DNA of 64,000 bases from Paraphysomonas bandaiensis (taxonomy: Eukaryota > Protista > Chrysophyceae): assembly GCA_965644295.1 (NCBI GenBank), contig CBFFRP010000412.1, positions 144,637 through 208,636 of the forward strand. The letters run 5' to 3'. The notes beneath the pieces were generated by a model. That model was not told the origin of the DNA and did not search any database. It saw nothing but the letters and a program-made list of their open reading frames with translations. A program made the position numbers and the translations under genes. Below, one piece after another: positions 53,580-64,000 of the stretch (positions are counted from its first letter, which is position 1; each line of letters opens with the position of its first letter).

Positions 53580-54219
53580 TTAGAAAAATTGATTCGTTAC
53601 TTACATGTGTCACTGCAATTCTTCTACTCTTTAACATATATATTAAAGATAATAGCGTGACTATGTTATATAAACACAACTACTATATTCGCAAGTGTTT
53701 ACGTACAGGACATCGGGACTACAGAAAGTTCAGTAAAAGCTTGTGAACTTCCTGGGTAAGGGCAATACAAGCCCTTACGAACAGGGATATCCAAGCGACA
53801 GGCATAGTTGGAGCACAAATGTTATAGAGGAGAGTTTTTTCTTCCTTTCTTCACTTGATCTGTTACGATCTTTGTAAATTATTCGTCCCATATATATACT
53901 CCTGTGTCGTCGGTATTCGTAGTCACACAAGGTTGAGTAACTTCACAAAGTATCACTGTGCCGATCTAATGGGTTACGACATTGTCATGCTATTAAAACT
54001 AACTGGTGAGCAATTCTTGTTGCCTCAGAAGAAATGATATAGAAATACATTCTGAGCACACCGAGATAGAGTAACAGTCAACCACACACTCACGTGTGCA
54101 TACCACCACATATAATATTCACTCAATACCCTCTCTACATGTGCTCCGATACGCAAAATCTTACATATATCGCTGTTGCTAAGAGTGATAGAAGATGATG
54201 TTACATGAGAAGTCTGATA

Positions 54220-55476
54220 TCATAGTGGCTCCAACATAGCATACTGTATCTCCCCCGAATATCTCCGATCATAAGCTGCAGAAAACAAATTCTTCAGATA
54301 TGAATAACCTGGAGTCTCGAAATATCCCAACCCTTTCACATGCTTAAAATATAAGCAGATCTCTTCTGATAATAGAGAACTGTGAGACGCATTAAACTCA
54401 ACGCAAAACCACAGCGCTACCTGGCAGGCCTTCACACAGAATGGCCAGCGGGGTCCGAGCCATTGAGACCATAATCAGCTCCAACCTCTTACGCTTGTCA
54501 GAAGTCGCATCAATATGCTTTCTCCATGGAAGAATATAGTCAGGATACATGGATGCGATCGTGTATCCGAGTGCCTCCACATCGTCTCGACGTGTCTCCG
54601 CTGCAACACAAGTTATCAGTGAAAATATTATAAACAATAGCATTATTATGACATACTCATTCCACCAAGTTGCCTTACCTACTCCAAGCATTGTGTTAAA
54701 TGCCATAAACTCAGGTGTACCTGTTACTGCTAGCCCATCCATGTACTCGACATGGTGGCCAGTACTGTCCATATACGTAGAGGATCGGCCAAAGTCTATT
54801 AGATATATAGTCGAATTTTCACTATCCAAACCAACGACAAAATTCTCAGGTTTAATATCTACCTCCAAAATTCAACAGGGCCAGCAAACGACAAGCACCG
54901 TACCTGAATGAATAATTCCTGAAGAGTGTATCCTCTCTAAAAGACGTACAGCTTGATACGCAAAAATCAGCAAATTCTTAATGCAGTTTTCTCTGTGCCG
55001 CTCTGTTGGCCACAAATTAATTTTAGTTTTCAACTCCTGATGCATATTCCCTCCCAGCCGTTGCTGAACTAAAGCACTGTACTTACCATCTTCAGTGTCT
55101 CCAAACCAATACGCATGGGCTATACCCTCTACATATTCATGGAGTTACATTCGTACCACATAACTATACGTACCTACCCGTGTTGTTCAGAAGACTCAAC
55201 ACATTAAATTCATGTTGAAGTTCATCTCTATTGCTGTGTGGCTCAAACTTTACCACAACTTCAACTCCATTTAGAGTATTTAGTCCCAAATACACAGTAC
55301 CATGTCCTCCACTCCGCAGATAAGAGTGTATCTTGAACTGAAACACGAACCCATAATATTATTAGTAAGAAACATTTCTAGTAAGGCTGACTTACCTTGC
55401 CACCAATCAAAGAATCTTTGTGAGGTATTGTGGAATGGAAATGAGTCGATTGCACATAATGCAAATGTATTATCAT
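54220..55476 (-). CDS. Casein kinase 1-family kinase, divergent
   Basis: Spliced reading: IGGK|FKIHSYLRSGGHGTVYLG...VVVKFE, IIHS|DIKPENFVVG, YLIDFG, TGTPEFMAFN, RRDDVEALGY, LPW, LCEGLP|EEI and PGYSYLKNLF. ATG 55476 is tentative. Confidence 0.85.
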
Positions 55477-55627
55477 AAAAAAAGCAACAGAGAGCATAAA
55501 TGACAATAAATATCATTCCATGATAATGATGAACAGCTTGGGTTCCATAGCCGATCACAGAGGCTATTATATATGGGTTATATGAGTCTGGTGTGGTCAT
55601 GGACAATGCATGCCTCAATATGATTGA

Positions 55628-55698
55628 CATACATACACACACTATACAGTACACACATACGTACCTACCTACCTACCTACATAAGTACATACATACAT
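55628..55698. repeat. Compound (ACAT/ACCT)n microsatellite in the CK1 / cyclophilin-nucleoporin intergenic region
   Basis: catacatacacac...catacgtacctacctacctacctacataagtacatacatacat. Confidence 0.7.
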
Positions 55699-55891
55699 AT
55701 CCTACGAATGTATATGGCATGCATTGATTTCCCTGCCACTCAAAATACGGTGCTGTATTCTCCATCCATCTCATCTCTCACTTCTCACTTCTCTCATTTG
55801 GATTTGAAAGGACATCAACGAAGTCATTTTATGAAGTATGTGAATTACCTCTCACAACCTCTGAGAGTTGCTAATTTCCCCATATTTCAGT

Positions 55892-58800
55892 ATGGATGCC
55901 TGGAAATTAAGGAGAAAAGCAAGGCAGAAAGATACGAAATCAACAGTATCATCTCCTGTATCAGACATCTCTAAACAATCGTATAGAAATAAGCTTGTGT
56001 TATCATATCAAAATGCCCGTTTGAACTGGGAAAATAACCGGACTAAGACAGTAGCAGTATCTCATTATGAGACGAATAGTAGCAATGATCCATCACTCAA
56101 TGGTTAATACTTATTGTTACATATACTAATATGTAACATGTTGTATATAGAGCCCTCATGTAATTCCAGCACTGTAGTATCAAGCCATGAAGAAGATAAA
56201 ATAGCAGATATTAGAAAAGAAATTGAAGAACTATATCGACAGTATAATCCATCTAAGTTGAGTTCTGTGGATAAGCTGTTGAATGACAACAAAGGACAGG
56301 AGCATGTGCTCCTTGAGCGTATAAAGAAAAAGTATACCGGTGGATTGGAGTACCCCTCAGATACAGATCCTGGTAGCAGGGTGTTTATGGACTTCAGTGT
56401 AGATGGTGTAGTGTTGGGACGGGTTATGTTCAGGCTATATGATAATGAGGTGCCTATCACAGCAGAGAATTTCCGGTGCCTTTGTACTGGCGAAAAGGTA
56501 ATACACCGTTGAGAATACAGTATACGTAACAGTGCTGTGATCAGGGTTTATGTGCCCGCACTAGAGCACAGCTGTACTACAAAGGGAGTCGGGTACATCG
56601 CATCGTGCCTGGCTTTGTCGTACAGGCCGGGGATATTACCAAAGGGGATGGCTCGGGAGGTGTCTCAATTTATGGCGGCACAGAGCTTGGGAATATATTT
56701 GCATTATTCAAGGATGAGAGACCTTTCTTGGCCCACCGTAGACCTGGGCTGCTATCAATGGCAAACAATGGGCCGAACCGCAATGGGTAAGTAAAGGTGT
56801 TATTTCTTTCCTAGCTCACGGTTACGTAGATCACAATTCTTCATCACTCTATCTGCCAGTCCCCACTTAGACGGTAGTGTATTTTATATAACTTCATATT
56901 GAAGGACCTGACATTTGTTGGCAGGCAAGCATGTAGTCTTTGGAGAAGTTGCTGATGCAGATAGCTGGAAAATTGTCCAAGATATAGCGACACGTTCTCC
57001 AGACAAAAATAACATCACTATACATGACTGTGGTCAGATATCAAGTGGAACCAAAGCTGAAAGCAAATCTTCAACTACTGACGAGCAGAAGACCAGTAGA
57101 ATAGCTACATTTTCATCCCGTACACCCGAGCACAGTAGCAAGTCCATATTTCCATCAACAGGAACTTCTAGTTTTGGCACATCAGGAGCTGCACCATCAT
57201 CTGGCGGCTTCAGCTTCGGAACTTCAAGCCAGGGAGGAGCTGTATTCGGATCATCCGGTGGAAGTATGTTTGGCGGTGTTAGTGGCAGTTCTGCTTTAGG
57301 CGAGTCTGGTAAAACATCTTCGTCATTTCCGAAGAGTTCTGATGTCAGTGATGGAACTTCAAGCCAGGGAGGAGCTGTATTCGGATCATCCGGTGGAAGT
57401 ATGTTTGGCGGTGTTAGTGGCAGTGCTGCTTTAGGCGAGTCTGGTAAAACACCTTCGTTATTTCCGAAGAGTTCTGGTTTCAGCTTCGGAGCTTCAAGCC
57501 AGGGAGGAGCCGTATTCGGATCATCCGGTGGAAGTATGTTTGGCGGTGTTAGTGGCAGTGCTGCTTTAGGCGAGTCTGGTAAAACATCTTCGTCATTTCC
57601 GAAGAGTTCTGATGTCAGTGATGGAACTTCAAGCCAGGGAGGAGCTGTATTCGGATCATCCGGTGGAAGTATGTTTGGCGATGTTAGTGGCAGTGCTGCT
57701 TTAGGCGAGTCTGGTAAAACACCTTCGTTATTTCCGAAGAGTTCTGGTTTCAGCTTCGGAGCTTCAAGCCAGGGAGGAGCCGTATTCGGATCATCCGGTG
57801 GAAGTATGTTTGGCGGTGTTAGTGGCAGTGCTGCTTTAGGCGAGTCTGGTAAAACATCTTCGTCATTTCCGAAGAGTTCTGATGTCAGTGATGGAACTGC
57901 ATCGTCTCCAGTTACGAAGGCGGGTAGTTGCGTATTGAGTGCATCAGAGTATGTTCGTAAGCTACAGTTAGGCGAAAGTGATGATGATGAGGATGATGTC
58001 GAGGACTTAGTGGAGGATGTTGAGTCCGAGATTGATAATGCCAAGAAGGCATGGGACTCTGTGGTCGGCAGTGGGATTTCGGAAGTAGTTGTAGGGGATA
58101 TCGTTCCAGCAAGTGACACGGATGGTGGTGATTCAAGTAGTGTGTTGGATGAGTTAGTAACTGCCCTGGGCACAACTTACTGCGAGGAGAAGCATGGTAC
58201 TGCGTTACGTGGTTTGTTGTCAAATGCGCCTGGGAAATCAACAACGGATAGTGCTGACCACCTCGATAGGGATGTGTTTATAGACTGGTATATTCATTAC
58301 GTGTTTCAAACAGATGGTGCGGACAGTGATGGCGACGAATGTAGCACCCGAAGTGATAGTAAAGGAGAATCTGCGACTGAGGGTTGGTCGTCTGTGAATT
58401 GGTCAGTGGCCCCTGAGTCAACGTCAGAGGGTGCTCGATGGAAGTGCAGTAGTTGTTTGGTAACGAATGATTGGGCTTGTACCAAGTGTGTGGCTTGTGA
58501 ATCAGCTGCACCTCACGCTAAATCTTCCACTGCGCCTGTTGGATTTTCAGCATCGAAGTCTGTGGGAAGCAACGAATCCAATGCTGCTGGTACTGGAAAG
58601 TTCACATTTGGATCGAGTGGTACAACTGAGAGTACTAGCGGTTCTAATGGTCCTTCAACAGGAGGCTTTAGTTTTGGCACGTCAGGTGCTGCCCCAATCT
58701 CTGCAGCAGCACCATCATCTGGCGGTTTCAGCTTCGGAACTTCAAGCCAGGGAGGAGCCGTGTTCGGATCATCCGGTGGAAGTATGTTTGGCGGTGTTAG

Positions 58801-61800
58801 TGGCAGTGCTGCTTTAGGCGAGTCTGGTAAAACATCTTCGTCATTTCCGAAGAGTTCTGATGTCAGTGATGGAACTGCATCGTCTCCAGTTACGAAGGCG
58901 GGTAGTTGCGTATTGAGTGCATCAGAGTATGTTCGTAAGCTACAGTTAGGCGAAAGTGATGATGATGAGGATGATGTCGAGGACTTAGTGGAGGATGTTG
59001 AGTCCGAGATTGATAATGCCAAGAAGGCATGGGACTCTGTGGTCGGCAGTGGGATTTCGGAAGTAGTTGTAGGGGATATCGTTCCAGCAAGTGACACGGA
59101 TGGTGGTGATTCAAGTAGTGTGTTGGATGAGTTAGTAACTGCCCTGGGCACAACTTACTGCGAGGAGAAGCATGGTACTGCATTACGTGGTTTGTTGTCA
59201 AATGCGCCTGGGAAATCAACAACGGATAGTGCTGACCACCTCGATAGGGATGTGTTTATAGACTGGTATATTCATTACGTGTTTCAAACAGATGGTGCGG
59301 ACAGTGATGGCGACGAATGTAGCACCCGAAGTGATAGTAAAGGAGAATCTGCGACTGAGGGTTGGTCGTCTGTGAATTGGTCAGTGGCCCCTGAGTCAAC
59401 GTCAGAGGGTGCTCGATGGAAGTGCAGTAGTTGTTTGGTAACGAATGATTGGGCTTGTACCAAGTGTGTGGCTTGTGAATCAGCTGCACCTCACGCTAAA
59501 TCTTCCACTGCGCCTGTTGGATTTTCAGCATCGAAGTCTGTGGGAAGCAACGAATCCAATGCTGCTGGTACTGGAAAGTTCACATTTGGATCGAGTGGTA
59601 CAACTGAGAGTACTAGCGGTTCTAATGGTCCTTCAACAGGAGGCTTTAGTTTTGGCACGTCAGGTGCTGCCCCAATCTCTGCAGCAGCACCATCATCTGG
59701 CGGTTTCAGCTTCGGAACTTCAAGCCAGGGAGGAGCCGTGTTCGGATCATCCGGTGGAAGTATGTTTGGCGGTGTTAGTGGCAGTGCTGCTTTAGGCGAG
59801 TCTGGTAAAACATCTTCGTCATTTCCGAAGAGTTCTGATGTCAGTGATGGAACTGCATCGTCTCCAGTTACGAAGGCGGGTAGTTGCGTATTGAGTGCAT
59901 CAGAGTATGTTCGTAAGCTACAGTTAGGCGAAAGTGATGATGATGAGGATGATGTCGAGGACTTAGTGGAGGATGTTGAGTCCGAGATTGATAATGCCAA
60001 GAAGGCATGGGACTCTGTGGTCGGCAGTGGGATTTCGGAAGTAGTTGTAGGGGATATCGTTCCAGCAAGTGACACGGATGGTGGTGATTCAAGTAGTGTG
60101 TTGGATGAGTTAGTAACTGCCCTGGGCACAACTTACTGCGAGGAGAAGCATGGTACTGCATTACGTGGTTTGTTGTCAAATGCGCCTGGGAAATCAACAA
60201 CGGATAGTGCTGACCACCTCGATAGGGATGTGTTTATAGACTGGTATATTCATTACGTGTTTCAAACAGATGGTGCGGACAGTGATGGCGACGAATGTAG
60301 CACCCGAAGTGATAGTAAAGGAGAATCTGCGACTGAGGGTTGGTCGTCTGTGAATTGGTCAGTGGCCCCTGAGTCAACGTCAGAGGGTGCTCGATGGAAG
60401 TGCAGTAGTTGTTTGGTAACGAATGATTGGGCTTGTACCAAGTGTGTGGCTTGTGAATCAGCTGCACCTCACGCTAAATCTTCCACTGCGCCTGTTGGAT
60501 TTTCAGCATCGAAGTCTGTGGGAAGCAACGAATCCAATGCTGCTGGTACTGGAAAGTTCACATTTGGATCGAGTGGTACAACTGAGAGTACTAGCGGTTC
60601 TAATGGTCCTTCAACAGGAGGCTTTAGTTTTGGCACGTCAGGTGCTGCCCCAATCTCTGCAGCAGCACCATCATCTGGCGGTTTCAGCTTCGGAACTTCA
60701 AGCCAGGGAGGAGCCGTGTTCGGATCATCCGGTGGAAATATGTTTGGCGGTGTTAGTGGCAGTGCTGCTTTAGGCGAGTCTGGTAAAACATCTTCGTCAT
60801 TTCCGAAGAGTTCTGATGTCAGTGATGGAACTGCATCGTCTCCAGTTACGAAGGCGGGTAGTTGCGTATTGAGTGCATCAGAGTATGTTCGTAAGCTACA
60901 GTTAGGCGAAAGTGATGATGATGAGGATGATGTCGAGGACTTAGTGGAGGATGTTGAGTCCGAGATTGATAATGCCAAGAAGGCATGGGACTCTGTGGTC
61001 GGCAGTGGGATTTCGGAAGTAGTTGTAGGGGATATCGTTCCAGCAAGTGACACGGATGGTGGTGATTCAAGTAGTGTGTTGGATGAGTTAGTAACTGCCC
61101 TGGGCACAACTTACTGCGAGGAGAAGCATGGTACTGCATTACGTGGTTTGTTGTCAAATGCGCCTGGGAAATCAACAACGGATAGTGCTGACCACCTCGA
61201 TAGGGATGTGTTTATAGACTGGTATATTCATTACGTGTTTCAAACAGATGGTGCGGACAGTGATGGCGACGAATGTAGCACCCGAAGTGATAGTAAAGGA
61301 GAATCTGCGACTGAGGGTTGGTCGTCTGTGAATTGGTCAGTGGCCCCTGAGTCAACGTCAGAGGGTGCTCGATGGAAGTGCAGTAGTTGTTTGGTAACGA
61401 ATGATTGGGCTTGTACCAAGTGTGTGGCTTGTGAATCAGCTGCACCTCACGCTAAATCTTCCACTGCGCCTGTTGGATTTTCAGCATCGAAGTCTGTGGG
61501 AAGCAACGAATCCAATGCTGCTGGTACTGGAAAGTTCACATTTGGATCGAGTGGTACAACTGAGAGTACTAGCGGTTCTAATGGTCCTTCAACAGGAGGC
61601 TTTAGTTTTGGCACGTCAGGTGCTGCCCCAATCTCTGCAGCAGCACCATCATCTGGCGGTTTCAGCTTCGGAACTTCAAGCCAGGGAGGAGCCGTGTTCG
61701 GATCATCCGGTGGAAATATGTTTGGCGGTGTTAGTGGCAGTGCTGCTTTAGGCGAGTCTGGTAAAACATCTTCGTCATTTCCGAAGAGTTCTGATGTCAG

Positions 61801-64000
61801 TGATGGAACTGCATCGTCTCCAGTTACGAAGGCGGGTAGTTGCGTATTGAGTGCATCAGAGTATGTTCGTAAGCTACAGTTAGGCGAAAGTGATGATGAT
61901 GAGGATGATGTCGAGGACTTAGTGGAGGATGTTGAGTCCGAGATTGATAATGCCAAGAAGGCATGGGACTCTGTGGTCGGCAGTGGGATTTCGGAAGTAG
62001 TTGTAGGGGATATCGTTCCAGCAAGTGACACGGATGGTGGTGATTCAAGTAGTGTGTTGGATGAGTTAGTAACTGCCCTGGGCACAACTTACTGCGAGGA
62101 GAAGCATGGTACTGCATTACGTGGTTTGTTGTCAAATGCGCCTGGGAAATCAACAACGGATAGTGCTGACCACCTCGATAGGGATGTGTTTATAGACTGG
62201 TATATTCATTACGTGTTTCAAACAGATGGTGCGGACAGTGATGGCGACGAATGTAGCACCCGAAGTGATAGTAAAGGAGAATCTGCGACTGAGGGTTGGT
62301 CGTCTGTGAATTGGTCAGTGGCCCCTGAGTCAACGTCAGAGGGTGCTCGATGGAAGTGCAGTAGTTGTTTGGTAACGAATGATTGGGCTTGTACCAAGTG
62401 TGTGGCTTGTGAATCAGCTGCACCTCACGCTAAATCTTCCACTGCGCCTGTTGGATTTTCAGCATCGAAGTCTGTGGGAAGCAACGAATCCAATGCTGCT
62501 GGTACTGGAAAGTTCACATTTGGATCGAGTGGTACAACTGAGAGTACTAGCGGTTCTAATGGTCCTTCAACAGGAGGCTTTAGTTTTGGCACGTCAGGTG
62601 CTGCCCCAATCTCTGCAGCAGCACCATCATCTGGCGGTTTCAGCTTCGGAACTTCAAGCCAGGGAGGAGCCGTGTTCGGATCATCCGGTGGAAGTATGTT
62701 TGGCGGTGTTAGTGGCAGTGCTGCTTTAGGCGAGTCTGGTAAAACATCTTCGTCATTTCCGAAGAGTTCTGATGTCAGTGATGGAACTGCATCGTCTCCA
62801 GTTACGAAGGCGGGTAGTTGCGTATTGAGTGCATCAGAGTATGTTCGTAAGCTACAGTTAGGCGAAAGTGATGATGATGAGGATGATGTCGAGGACTTAG
62901 TGGAGGATGTTGAGTCCGAGATTGATAATGCCAAGAAGGCATGGGACTCTGTGGTCGGCAGTGGGATTTCGGAAGTAGTTGTAGGGGATATCGTTCCAGC
63001 AAGTGACACGGATGGTGGTGATTCAAGTAGTGTGTTGGATGAGTTAGTAACTGCCCTGGGCACAACTTACTGCGAGGAGAAGCATGGTACTGCATTACGT
63101 GGTTTGTTGTCAAATGCGCCTGGGAAATCAACAACGGATAGTGCTGACCACCTCGATAGGGATGTGTTTATAGACTGGTATATTCATTACGTGTTTCAAA
63201 CAGATGGTGCGGACAGTGATGGCGACGAATGTAGCACCCGAAGTGATAGTAAAGGAGAATCTGCGACTGAGGGTTGGTCGTCTGTGAATTGGTCAGTGGC
63301 CCCTGAGTCAACGTCAGAGGGTGCTCGATGGAAGTGCAGTAGTTGTTTGGTAACGAATGATTGGGCTTGTACCAAGTGTGTGGCTTGTGAATCAGCTGCA
63401 CCTCACGCTAAATCTTCCACTGCGCCTGTTGGATTTTCAGCATCGAAGTCTGTGGGAAGCAACGAATCCAATGCTGCTGGTACTGGAAAGTTCACATTTG
63501 GATCGAGTGGTACAACTGAGAGTACTAGCGGTTCTAATGGTCCTTCAACAGGAGGCTTTAGTTTTGGCACGTCAGGTGCTGCCCCAATCTCTGCAGCAGC
63601 ACCATCATCTGGCGGTTTCAGCTTCGGAACTTCAAGCCAGGGAGGAGCCGTGTTCGGATCATCCGGTGGAAATATGTTTGGCGGTGTTAGTGGCAGTGCT
63701 GCTTTAGGCGAGTCTGGTAAAACATCTTCGTCATTTCCGAAGAGTTCTGATGTCAGTGATGGAACTGCATCGTCTCCAGTTACGAAGGCGGGTAGTTGCG
63801 TATTGAGTGCATCAGAGTATGTTCGTAAGCTACAGTTAGGCGAAAGTGATGATGATGAGGATGATGTCGAGGACTTAGTGGAGGATGTTGAGTCCGAGAT
63901 TGATAATGCCAAGAAGGCATGGGACTCTGTGGTCGGCAGTGGGATTTCGGAAGTAGTTGTAGGGGATATCGTTCCAGCAAGTGACACGGATGGTGGTGAT
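55892..64000 (+). CDS. Cyclophilin - FG-repeat - (EF-hand-like + RanBP2 zinc finger + FG) x >=6 nucleoporin-like protein; 3' end beyond the window
   Basis: Introns 56103-56150, 56498-56544, 56787-56829 and 56874-56924 join a complete cyclophilin ([54 protein letters not shown]). It continues into a stop-free final exon 56925->64000 encoding GGFSFG/KFTFG repeats and [20 protein letters not shown] fingers at 58439, 59417, 60395, 61373, 62351 and 63329. Confidence 0.88.
57218..57892 (+). repeat. Coding tandem repeat, 5 x 135 bp (45 aa FG unit), alternating A/B variants
   Basis: GGA(A/G)CTTCAAGCCAGGGAGGAGC... starts at 57218, 57353, 57488, 57623 and 57758. Confidence 0.92.
57747..64000 (+). repeat. 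Coding tandem repeat, 978-bp unit (326 aa), ~6.4 copies, nearly identical
   Basis: The ORF-track entries recur at exactly 978-bp spacing, and direct comparison shows only isolated SNPs. Confidence 0.97.

Noticed and set aside
57034-63987. Recurring minus-strand and alternate-frame ORFs (379, 212, 110, 77 and 116 aa) that look like a tandem gene array
   Set aside because: They are shadows of the single stop-free + strand exon, which carries the recognisable motifs (FG repeats, zinc fingers).
57218-64000. Possible CRISPR-like array
   Set aside because: No unique spacers; the units are frame-preserving coding repeats in a eukaryotic intron-containing gene.
24883-64000. Functional cluster of nuclear export genes (midasin plus nucleoporin-like gene)
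   Set aside because: Separated by ~12 kb of TE debris and an unrelated kinase; proximity in a eukaryote is not evidence without conserved synteny.

Overview
Eukaryotic genomic DNA with very short GT-AG introns (mostly about 43-70 nt). The gene content suggests a stramenopile-type protist (inference). In order, the window holds: a partial hypothetical gene; a decayed K+-dependent H+-pyrophosphatase pseudogene; a JMJD8-like JmjC gene; an N-myristoylated EF-hand-PH-CaMK (CDPK7-like) kinase; a myosin with ~23 IQ motifs and an Ank-PH-Ank-C2-like tail; a gamma-glutamyl transpeptidase with a frameshift in a catalytic-subunit motif; a ~6,270-aa midasin; a very young full-length Ty1/Copia LTR retrotransposon (identical 292-bp LTRs, TG...TA termini, GCCAC TSD); TE debris including a 144-bp inverted duplication; and a divergent non-RD CK1-like kinase. 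The most notable feature is missing from the ORF track because its frame runs off the window end. It is a + strand gene (55892 to >64000) encoding an N-terminal cyclophilin, then FG repeats, then at least six near-identical 326-aa modules (acidic tract, EF-hand-like pair, Ran-binding-type RanBP2 zinc finger, FxFG repeats). This resembles Nup358/RanBP2 with the cyclophilin at the opposite end. All calls come from reading the sequence and recognising motifs; no searches were run.
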